Below are positions 27,601 to 39,930 of a DNA stretch of 64,000 nucleotides, piece by piece (position 1 is the stretch's first letter; the number at the start of each line of letters is the position of its first letter). The stretch comes from the human T2T-CHM13v2.0 reference genome, Homo sapiens: assembly GCF_009914755.1 (NCBI RefSeq), contig NC_060925.1, one strand, 5' to 3'. The notes under the pieces were generated by a model. The model made no database searches, was not told where the DNA came from, and saw only the letters and a program-made list of their open reading frames with translations. The position numbers were made by a program, and so were the translations under genes.

Positions 27601-30600
27601 CAGCCTGGAACAGCACCCACACCCCCAGGAGAGCATCCGGCAGCCTGGAGCAGAACCCACACCGACAGGCGAGCATCTGACAGCCTGGGTCGGCACCCAC
27701 ACCCCCAGGTGAGCATCTGATGGTTTAGAGCAGTACCCAAACCCACAGGTGAGCATCTGACAGCCTGGAACAGAACCCACACCCCCAGGTGAGCATCTGA
27801 CAGACTGGAACAGCACCCACACCCCCAGGTGAGCATCTTACTGCATCGCATGGCATCCTCACCTCCAGTTGAGAATCCGACAGCCTGGAGCAACACCCAC
27901 ACCCCCAGGTGAGCATCTGACAGCCTGGAACAGCAAACACACCCCCAGGCGAGCATCTGACAGCCTGGAACAGCACCCTGAATCCCCGGGTGAAGATCAG
28001 ACAGACTGGAGCAGCACCCACACTACAGGTGAGCATCTGACAGCCTGAAGCAGCACCCACACCAACAGGTCAGCATCTGACAGCCTGGAACAGCACCCAC
28101 ACCCACAGGTGAGCATCTGACAGCCTGGCAAAGGTCCCGCACCCCCAAGTGAGAATCTGACAACCTGGAGCAGCAACCACAACCCCAGGTGAGCATCCAA
28201 CAGGCTGGAACACCACCCGCACCCCCAGGTGAACATCCGACAGCCTGGAGCAGCACCCACACTCCCAGATGAGCATCCGACAACCTGGAACAGCACCCAC
28301 ACCCCAAGGTGAGCATCCGACAGCCTGCAGCAGCACCCACACACCCAGGCGAGCATCTGACAGCCTGGAACAGCACCCACAACCCCAGGTGAGCATCTGA
28401 TATCCTGGAACAGCACCGACAACCCCAGGTGAGCATCTGATAGCCTGGAACAGCACCCACACTCCCAGACGAGCATCGGACAGCCTGGAGCAGCAACCAC
28501 ACCGCCAGGCGAGCATCCGCCAGCCTGGAACAGCACCCACACACCCAGGTGAGCATTCGACAGCCTGGAGCAGCACCCACAACCCCAGGCGAGCATCCGA
28601 CAGCCTGGCGCAGCACCCACACCCCCTGGTGAGCATCTGACATCGTGGAGCAGCACCCGACACCCACAGGTGAGCATCTGACAGCCTGCAACCGCACCCA
28701 TACGCCCAGATGAGCATCTGACAGCCTGGAACAGCACCCATACGCCCAGATGAGCATCTGACAGCCTGAAACAGCACCCTGCACCCCCAGGTGTGCAACT
28801 GACAGCCTGGAACAGCACCCACTCACCCAGGCCAGCATCTGATGGCCTGGAACGGCACCCACAGCCCCAGGTAAGCATCTGACATCCTGAAACAGCTCCC
28901 ACACCCCCAGGCGAGCATCTGACAGCCTGGAGCAGTGCCCACACCCCCACGTGAGCATCTGACATCGTGGAGCAGCACCCACAGCCCAAGGTGAGCATCT
29001 GACAACCAGGAGCAGCACCCACACACCCAGGCGAGCATCAGAATGCACGGAGCAGCACCCACACCCCCAGGCGAGCATCCGACAGCCTGGAGCAGCACCC
29101 ACACCCCCAGGCGAGCATCTGACAGCCTGGAGCGGTGCCCACACCCCCAGGTGAGCATCTGACAGCGTGGAGCAGCACCCACAGCCCAAGGTGAGCATCT
29201 GACAACCTGGAGCAGCACCCACACCCCCAGGCGAGCATCTCAACGTGCGGAGCAGCACCCACACCCCCAGGTGAGCATCGGACAGCCTGGAACAGCACGC
29301 TGCCCCCGAGGGTGAGCATCTGACAGCCTGGAACAGCACACACACCCCCAGGCGAGCATCTGACAACCTGGAACAGCACCCATACGCCCAGATGAGCATC
29401 TGACAGCCTGGAACAGCACACTGCACACCCAGGTGAGCATCTGACAGCCTGGAACAGCACCTACACCCCCAGGTGAGCATCTTACTGCATCGCATGGCAT
29501 CCTCACCTCCAGGTGAGCATCCGACAGCCTGGAGCAGCACCCACACCCCCAGGTGAGCATCTGACAGCCTGGAACAGCAAACACACCCCCAGGCGAGCTT
29601 CTGACAGCCTGGAACAGCACCCTGAACCCCCGGGTGAAGATCAGACAGACTGGAGCAGCACCCACACTACAGGTGAGCATCTGACAGCCTGAAGCAGCAC
29701 CTACACCAACAGGTCAGCATCTGACAGCCTGGAACAGCACCCACACCCACAGATGAGCATCTGACAGCCTGGAAAAGGACCCTGCAGCCCCAAGTGAGAA
29801 TCTGACAACCTGGAGCAGCAACCACAACCCCAGGTGAGCATCCAACAGGCTGGAACAGCACCCACACCCCTAGGTGAACATCCAACAGCCTGGAGCAGAA
29901 CCCACACCACCAGGCGAGCATGTGACAGCCTGGGTCGGCACCCACACCCCCAGGTGAGCATCTGATGGTCTGGAGCAGCACCCACACCCAGAGGTGAGCA
30001 TCTGACAGCCAGGAACAGAACCCACACCCCCAAGTGAGCTTCTGACAGACTGGAACAGCACCCACACGCCCAGGTGAGCATCTGACAGCCTGGAACAGCA
30101 CACTCACACCCAGGTGAGCATCTGACAGCGTGGAACAGCCCCCACACCCCCAGGCGAGCATCTGACAGCATGTAACAGCACCCACACCCCCAGGTGAGCA
30201 TCTGACAGCCTGGAACAGCAACCTACACCCCCAGGTGCGCACGTGACAGCCTGGAACAGCACCCACACACCCAGGTGAGAATCTGAAAGCCTGGAGTAGC
30301 ACCCTGCATCCCCAGGAGAGCATCTGACAGCCTGGAACAGCACCCTGCACCCCCAGCTGAGCATCTGACAACCTGGAACAGCACACACACCCCCAGGCGA
30401 GCATCTGATAACATGGAACAGCACCCATACGCCGAGATGAGCATCTGACAGCCTGGAACAGCACCCTGCACCCCCAGGCGAGCATCTGACAGCCTGGAAC
30501 AGCACCCATACGCCCAGATGAGCATCTGACAGCCTGGAACAGCACCCTGCACCCCCAGGTGCGCACCTGACAGCCTGGAACAGCACCCACTCACCCAGGC

Positions 30601-32029
30601 GAGCATCTGATGGCCTGGAACGGCACCCATACCCCCACGTGAGCATCCAACAGCCTGGAACTGCACCCACACTCCCAGGTGAGCATCCGACAGCCTGGAG
30701 CAGCACCCACACCCCCAGGCGAGCATCTGACAGCCTGGAACAGCACCCAGACGCCCAGGTGAGCATCTGATATCCTGGAAAAGCACCCACACCCCCAGGT
30801 GAGCATCTGACAGCCTGGAACAGCATCCACAACCCCAGGTGAACATCCGACAGCCTGAAGCAGAACCCACACCCCCAGGCGAGCATCTGACAGCCTGGGT
30901 CGGCACCCACACCCCGAGGTGAGCATCTGATGGTCTGGAGCAGCACCCACACCAACAGGTGAGCATCTGACAGCCTGGAACAGAACCCACACCCCCAGGT
31001 GAGCATCTGACAGACTGAAACAGCACCCACACGCCCAGGTGAGCCTCTGACAGCCTGGAACAGCACGCGCACCCCCAGGTGAGCATCTGACAGCCTGGAA
31101 CAGCACCCACACCCCCAGGCGAGCATCTGACAGCATGTAACAGCACACACACCCCCAGGTGAGCATCTGACAGCCTGGAACAGCACCCTGCACCCCCAGG
31201 TGCGCACGTGACAGCCTGGAACAGCACCCACACCCCCAGGCGAGCATCTGATGGCATGGAACGGCACCCACACCCCCAGGTGAGCATCTGACAGCCTGGA
31301 GCAGAACCCACACCCACAGGCCAGCATCTGACAGCCTGGGTCGGCACCCACACCCCCAGGTGAGCATCTGACAGCAAGGAACTTCACACTGCACCCTCAG
31401 GTGCGCAAGTGACAGCCTGGAACAGCACCCACACCCCCAGGTGACTATCGGACAGCCTGGAGCAGCACCCACACCCCCAGGTGAGCATCTGATAGCCTGG
31501 AACAGCACCCACACTCCCAGACGAGCATCGGACAGCCTGGAGCAGCAGCCACACCGCCAGGCGAGCATTCGCCAGCCTGGAACAGCACCCACACCCCCAG
31601 GTGAGCATTCGACAGCCTGGAGAAGCACCCACAAACCCAGGCGAGCATCCGACAGCCTGGCGCAGCACCCACACCCCCAGGTGAGCATCTGACATCGTGG
31701 AGCAGCACCCCACACCCACAGGTGAGCATCTGACAGCCTGCAACCGCACCCATACTCCCAGATGAGCATCTGACAGCCTGGAACAGCACTCAAACGCCCA
31801 GATGAGCATCTGACAGCCTGAAACAGCACCCTGCACCACCCAGGTGTGCAACTGACAGCCTGGGACAGCACCCACTCACCAGGCCAGCATCTGATGGCCT
31901 GGAACGGCACCCACAACCCCAGGTGAGCATCCGACATCCTGAAACAGCTCCCACACCCCCAGGTGAGCATCCGACAGCCGGGAGCAGCACCCACAACCCC
32001 AGGTGAGCATCTGACTGCCTGGAACAGCA

Positions 32030-33720
32030 CCCTGCACCCCCGGGTGAGGATCAGACAGCCTGGAGCAGCACCCACACTCGAGGTGAGCATCTGACAGCCT
32101 GAAGCAGCACCCACACCAACAGGTGAGCATCTGACAGCCTGGAAGAGCACCCACACCACCAGGTGAGCATCTGACAGCCTGGAACAGCACCCTGCACCCC
32201 AAAGTGAGCATCTGAAAGACTGGAACAGCACCCACACGCCAAGGTGAGCCTCTGACAGCCTGGAACAGCACGCGCACCCCCAGGTGAGCATCTGACAGCC
32301 TGGAACAGCACCCTGCACCCCCAGGTGCGCACGTGACAGCCTGGAACAGCACCCACACCCCCAGGCGAGCATCTGACGGCATGGAACGGCACCCACACCC
32401 CCAGGTGAGTATCTGACAGCCTGGAGCAGAACCCACACAGACAGGCGAGCATCTGACAGCCTGGGTCGGCACCCACACCCCCAGGTGAGCATCTGACAGC
32501 AAGGAACATCACCTTGCACCCTCAGGTGCGCAAGTGACAGCCTGGAACAGCACCCACACCCCCAGGTGACTATCGGACAACCTGGAGCAGCACCCACACC
32601 CCCAGGTGAGCATCTGATAGCCTCGAACAGCACCCACACACCCAGACGAGCATCGGACAGCCTGGAGCAGCAGCCACACCGCCAGGCGAGCATCCGCCAG
32701 CCTGGAACAGCACCCACACCCCCAGGTGAGCATCCGACAGCCTGGAGCAGCACCCACACCCCCAGGTGAGCATGTAACAGCCTGGAACAACACCCACACC
32801 CCCAGGCGAGCATCTAACTGCCTGAAGCAGCACCCCACACCCCCAGGTGAGCATCGGACAGCCTGGAACAGCACCCACACTCCCAGACGAGCATCGGACA
32901 GCCTGGAGCAGCACCCACACCGCCAGGCGAGCATCCGCCAGACTGGAACAGCACCCACACCCCCAGGTGAGCATTCGACAGACTGGAGCAGCACCCACAG
33001 CCCCAGGCGAGCATCCGACAGCCTGGCGCAGCACCCACACCCCCAGGTGAGCATCCGATATCGTGGAGCAGCACCCCACACCCACAGGTGAGCATCTGAC
33101 AGCCTGGAACAGTACCCACACCCCCAGGCGAGCATCTGACTTCCTGGAGCAGCACCCACACCCCCAGGTGAGCATCTGACAGCCTGGCGCAGCACCGTGC
33201 ACCCCCAGGTGAGTATCTGACAGTGTGGAACAGCACCCTGCACCCCCCAGTTGAGCCTCTGACAGCCTGGAAAAGCACCCTGCACCCCCAGGTGAGCATC
33301 TGACAGACTCAAATGGCACCCTCACCCCCAGGTGAGCATCTGATGGTCTGGAGCAGCACCCACAACCACAGGTGAGCATAGGAGAGTCTGGAGCAGCACC
33401 CACACGCCCAAGTGAGCATCTGACAGCCTGGAGCAGTGCCCACACCCCCAGGTGGGCATCTGACAGCGTGGAGCAGCACCCACAGTCCAAGGTGAGCATC
33501 TGACAACCTGCAGCAGTACCCACACACCGAGGTGAGCATCTGACCCACCGGAGCAGCACCCATACCCCCAGGCGAGCATCTGAACTCATGGAGCAGCACC
33601 CACACCACCAGGCGAGCATCTGACCGAACGGAGCAGCACCCACAACCCCAGGCGAGCATCTGTCAGCCTGGAACAGCACCCACAACCCCAGGTGAGCATC
33701 TGACAGCCCGCAGCATCATC
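32030..33720. repeat. Duplicated ~1.7-kb block, copy 1 (copy 2 at ~38160-39930)
   Basis: Ordered shared variants are CACTCGAGG, AAGGAACATC (32501/38670), GACTATCGG, CATCTAAC, CCGATATCGTGG, GACTTCCTGG, GAGCATAGGAGAG, CAGTCCAAG and TGTCAGCC (33661/39870). The offset grows from 6130 to 6169 to 6209 in whole-monomer steps. Confidence 0.9.
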
Positions 33721-36700
33721 CACACGCACAGGTGAGAATCTGACAGCCCGGAGGAGCACCCACACCCCCAGGGGAGCATCTGAACGCATGGACCAGCACC
33801 CACACGCCAGGGGAGCATCTGACATCCTGGAGCAGCACGGACAACCCCAGGTGAGCATCTGAGAGCCTGGAACAGCACCCACACCCCCAGATGAGAATCT
33901 GACAGCCTGGAAGAGCACCCCACATCCCCGGGTGAGCATCTGACAGCATGGAACAGCACCCACACCCCCAGGAGAGCATCCGATAGCCTGGAGCAGCACC
34001 CACACCCTCAGGTGAGCATCTGACAGCCTGGAACAGCAACCACACACCCAGGCGAGCATCTGACAGCCTGGAGCAGCACCCACACCCCCAGGTGAGCATC
34101 TGACAGCCTGGAACAGCACCCACACACCCCAGGAGAGCATCCGGCAGCCTGGAGCAGAACCCACACCCACAGGCGAGCATGTGACAGACTGGGTCGGCAC
34201 CCACACCCCCAGGTGAGCATCTGATGGTTTGGAGCAGCACCCACACCCACAGGTGAGAATCTGACAGCCTGGAACAGAACCCACACCCCCAGGTGAGCAT
34301 CTGACAGACTGGAACAGCACCCTGCACCCACAGGTTAGCATCTGACGGCCTGGAACAGCACCCACACGCCCAGGTGGGCAGCCGACAGCCTGGAACAGCA
34401 CCCACACCCCCAGGTGAGCATCCGACAGCGTGGCCCAGCACCCACAACCCCAGGTGAGCATCTGATATCCTGGAACAGCACCCACACGCCCAGGTGAGCA
34501 TCTGACAGCCTGGAGCAGCACGCACACCCCCAGTGAGCATCTGACAGCCTGGAACAGCACCCACACCCCTAGGTGAGCATCCGATAGCCTAGAGCAGATC
34601 CCACACCCCCAGGCGAGCATCTGACAGCCTGGGTCGGCACCCACACCCCCAGGTGCGCATCTGATGGTATGGAGCAGCACCCACACCCACAGGTGAGCAT
34701 CTGACAGCCTGGAACAGAACCCACACCCCAGGTGAGCATCTGCCAGACTGGAAGAGCACCCACATGGCCACGTGCGCCTCTGACAGCCTGTAACAGCACC
34801 CTGCACCCCCAGGTGTGCACGTGACAGCCTGGAACAGCACCGACACCCCCTGGTGAGCATTGGACAGCCTGGAGCAGCACCCACAACCCTAGGCGAGCAT
34901 CCAACAGCCTGGAGCAGCACCCACACCCCCAGGTGAGCATCTGACATCGTGGAGCAGCACCCCACACACACAGGTGAGCATCTGACAGCCTGGAGCAGCA
35001 ACCACACCCCCAGGTGAGCATCTGACAGCCTGGAACAACACCGTGCACCCCCAGGTGAGCATCCAACCGCCTGGAGCAGCACCCACAACCCCAGGCGAGC
35101 ATCAGACACCTGGAGCAGCACCGACAACCCCAGGTGAGCATCTGATGGTCTGGAGCAGCACCCAGAACCACAGGTGAGCATCGGAGAGTCTGGAGCAGCG
35201 CCCACAGCCCCAGGCGAGCATCTGACAGCCTGGAGCAGTGCCCACACCCCCAGGTGAGCATCTGAACGCACGGAGCAGCACCCATACCCCCAGGCGAGCA
35301 TCTGACAGCAAGTTAGAGGACCCACGCCCGGAGGTGAGCATCTGACAGCCTGGAACAGCACCCACACCCCCAGGTGAGCATCTGACAGCCTGGAACAGCA
35401 CCCACACCCGCAGGTGAGCATCTGACATCGTGGAGCAGCACCCACACCCACAGGTGAGTATCTGACAGGCTGGAGCAGCACCCACACCCCAGGTGAGCAT
35501 CTGACAGCCTGGAACAACACCCTACACCCCCAGGTGAGCATCTGACAGCCTGGAGCAGCACCCACACCCACAGGTGAGCATCTGACAGCCTGGAACAGCA
35601 CCGAAACCCCCAGGTGAGCATCTGAGGGTCTGGAGCATCACCCACAACCACAGGTGAGCATCGGAGAGTCTGGAGCAGCGCCCACACCCCAAGGCGAGCA
35701 TCTGACAGCCTGGAACAGCACGCTGCCCCCCAAGGTGAGCATCTGACAGCCTGGAACAGCACACACCCCGCAGGCGAGCATCTGACAACCTGGAACAGCA
35801 CCCATACGCCCAGATGAGCATCTGACAGCCTGGAACAGCACCCTGCACACCCAGGTGAGCATCTGACAGCCGGGAACAGCACCCACACCCCCAGGTGAGC
35901 ATCTTACTGCATCGCATGGCATCCTCACCTCCAGTTGAGCATCCGACAGCCTGGAGCAGCACCCACACCCCCAGGTGAGCATCTGACAGCCTGGAACAGC
36001 AAACACACCCCCAGGCAAGCATCTGACAGCCTGGAACAGCACCCTGAATCCCCGGGTGAAGATCAGACAGACTGGAGCAGCACCCACACTCCAGGTGAGC
36101 ATCTGACAGCCTGAAGCAGCACCCACACCAACAGGTCAGCATCTGACAGCCTGGTACAGCACCCACACCCACAGGTGAGCATCTGACAGCCTGGCAAAGG
36201 ACCCGCACCCCCAAGTGAGAATCTGACAACCTGGAGCAGCAACCACAATCCCAGGTGAGCATCCAACAGGCTGGAATAGCACCCACACCCCCAGGTGAAC
36301 ATCCGACAGCCTGGAGCAGCACCCACACCCCCAGATGAGCATCCGACAACCTGGAACAGCACCCACACCCCCAGGTGAGCATCCGAGAGCCTGGAGCAGC
36401 ACCCACATCCCCGGCGAGCATCTGACAGCCTGGAACAGCACCCACAACCCCAGGTGAGCATGTGATATCCTGTAACAGCACCGACAACCCCAGGTGAGCA
36501 TCTGAGAGCCTGGAACAGCACCCACACCCTCAGGGGAGAATCTGACAGCCTGGAAGAGCACCCCACATCCTCGGGTGAGCATCTGACAGCCTGAAACAGC
36601 ACCCACACCCGAAGGTGAACATCCGACAGCCTGGAGCAGAACCCACACAACCAGGCGAGCATGTGACAGCCTAGGTCGGCACCCACACCCCCAGGTGAGC

Positions 36701-38159
36701 ATCTGATGGTCTGGAGCAGCACCCACACCCACAGGTGAGCATCTGACAGCCTGGAACAGAACCCACACCCCCAGGTGAGCATCTGACAGACTGGAACAGC
36801 ACCCACAAGCCCAGGTGAGCATCTGACAGGCTGGAACAGCACACGCACACCCAGGTGAGCATCTGACAGCCTGGAACAGCCCCCACACCCCCAGGGGAGC
36901 ATCTGACAGCATGTAACAGCACCCACACCCCCAGGTGAGCATCTGACAGCCTGGAACAGCAACCTACACCCCCAGGTGCGCACGTGACAGCCTGGAACAG
37001 CACCCACACACCCAGCTGAGCATCTGAAAGCCTGGAGTAGCACACTGCATCCCCAGGAGAGCATCTTACAGCCTGGAACAGCACCCTGCACCCCCAGCTG
37101 AGCATCTGACACCCTGGAACAGCACACACACCCCCAGGCGAGCATCTGATAACATGGAACAGCACCCATACGCCCAGATGAGCATCTGACAGCCTGGAAC
37201 AGCACCCTGCACACCCAGGCGAGCATCTGACAGCCTGGAACAGCACCCATACGCCCAGATGAGTATCTGACAGCCTGGAACAGCACCCTGCACCCCCAGG
37301 TGCGCATCTGACAGCCTGGAACAGCACCCACTCACCCAGGCGAGCATCTGATGGCCTGGAACAGCACCCACACCCCCACGTGAGCATCCAACAGACTGGA
37401 ACTGCACCCACACCCCGAGGCAAGCATCTGACAGCCTGGAACAGCACCCACACCCCCAGGTGAGCATCCGACAGCCTGGAACAGCACCCACACGCCCAGG
37501 TGAGCATCTGATATCCTGGAACAGCACCCACACCCCCAGGTGAGCATCTGACAGGCTGGAGCAGCACGCACACCCCCAGGTGAGCATCTGACAGCCTGGA
37601 ACAGCATCCACACCCCCAGGTGAACATCCGACAGCCTGGAGCAGAACCCACACCCCCAGGCGAGCATCTGACAGCCTGGATCGGCACCCACACCCTGAGG
37701 TGAGCATCTGATGGTCTGGAGCAGCACCCACACAAACAGGTGAGCATCTGACAGCCTGGAACAGAACCCACACCCCCAGGTGAGCATCTGACAGACTGAA
37801 ACAGCACCCACTCACCCAGGCCAGCATCTGATGGCCTGGAACGGCACCCACACCCCCAGGTGAGCATCCGACATCCTGAAACAGCTCCCACACCCCCAGG
37901 TGAGCATCCGACAGCCGGGAGCAGCACCCATAACCCCAGGTGAGCATCTGACCGCATGGAATGGCATCCTCACCTCCAGGTGAGCATCCGACCGCCTGGA
38001 GCAGCACCCACACCCCCAGGTGAGCATCCGGCAGCCTGGAGCAGCACCCCAGGTGAGCATCCGGCAGCCTGGAGCAGCACCCACACCCCCAGGTGAGCAT
38101 GTGACAGCCTGGAACAGCAACCACACACCAAGGCGAGCATCTGACAGCCTGGAACAGCA

Positions 38160-39930
38160 CCCTGCACCCCCGGGTGAGGATCAGACAGCCTGGAGCAGCA
38201 CCCACACTCGAGGTGAGCATCTGACAGCCTGAAGCAGCACCCACACCAACAGGTGAGCATCTGACAGCCTGGAAGAGCACCCACACCACCAGGTGAGCAT
38301 CTGACAGCCTGGAACAGCACCCTGCAACCCCAAGTGAGAATCTGTCAGACTGGAACAGCACCCACACGCCCAGGTGAGCCTCTGACAGCCTGGAACAGCA
38401 CCCACACCCCCAGACGAGCATCTGACAGCATTTAACAGCACCCACACACCCAGGTGAGCATCTGACAGCCTGGAACAGCACCCTGCACCCCCAGGTACGC
38501 ACGTGACAGCCTGGAACAGCACCCACACACCCAGGCGAGCATCTGACGGCATGGAACGGCACCCACACCCCAGGGGAGCATCTGACAACCTGGAGCAGAA
38601 CCCACACCCACAGGCGAGCATCTGACAGCCTGGGTCGGCACCCACACCCCCAGGTGAGCATCTGACAGCAAGGAACATCACCCTGCACCCTCAGGTGCGC
38701 AAGTGACAGCCTGGAACAGCACCCACACCCCCAGGTGACTATCGGACAGCCTGGAGCAGCACCCACACCCCCAGGTGAGCATCTGATAGCCTGGAACAGC
38801 ACCCACACACCCAGACGAGCATCGGACAGCCTGGAGCAGCAGCCACACCGCCAGGCGAGCATCCGCTAGCCTGGAACAGCACCCAAACCCCCAGGTGAGC
38901 ATCTGACAGCTTGGAGCAGCACCCACACCCCCAGGTGAGCACGTAACAGCCTGGAACAGCACCCACACCCCCAGGCGAGCATCTAACAGCCTGAAGCAGC
39001 ACCCCACACCCCCAGGTGAGCATCGGACAACCTGGAGCAGCACCCACACGCCCAGGTGAGCATCTGACAGCCTGGAACAGCACCCACACTCCCAGACGAG
39101 CATCGGACAGCCTGGAGCAGCACCCACACCGCCAGGCGAGCATCCGCCAGACTGGAACAGCACCCACACCCTCAGGTGAGCATTCGACAGACTGGAGCAG
39201 CACCCACAACCCCAGGCGAGCATCCGACAGCCTGGCGCAGCACCCACACCCCCAGGTGAGCATCCGATATCGTGGAGCAGCACCCCACACCCACAGGTGA
39301 GCATCTGACAGCCTGGAACAGTACCCACACCCCCAGGCGAGCATCTGACTTCCTGGAGCAGCACCCACACCCCGAGGTGAGCATCTGACAGCCTGGCGCA
39401 GCACCCTGCACCCCCAGGTGAGTATCTGAAAGCGTGGAACAGCACCCTGCACTCCCCAGTTGAGCCTCTGACAGCCTGGAACAGCACCCTGCACCCCCAG
39501 GTGAGCATCTGACAGCCTCAAACGGCACCCTCACACCCAGGTGTGCATCTGATGGTCTGGAGCAGCACCCACAACCACAGGTGAGCATAGGAGAGTCTGG
39601 AGCAGCACCCACACCCCCAAGTGAGCATCTGACAGCCTGGAGCAGTGCCCACACCCCCAGGTGAGCATCTGACAGCGTGGAGCAGCACCCACAGTCCAAG
39701 GTGAGCATCTGACAACCTGGAGCAGTACCCAGACACCGAGGTGAGCATCTGACCACCCGGAGCAGCACCCATACCCCCAGGCGAGCATCTGAACTCATGG
39801 AGCAGCACCCACACCACCAGGCGAGCATCTGACCGAACGGAGCAGCACCCACAACCCCAGGCGAGCATCTGTCAGCCTGGAACAGCACCCACAACCCCAG
39901 GTGAGCATCTGACAGCCCGCAGCATCATCC
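38160..39930. repeat. Duplicated ~1.7-kb block, copy 2 (copy 1 at ~32030-33720)
   Basis: Same ordered rare variants as 32030-33720. Confidence 0.9.
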
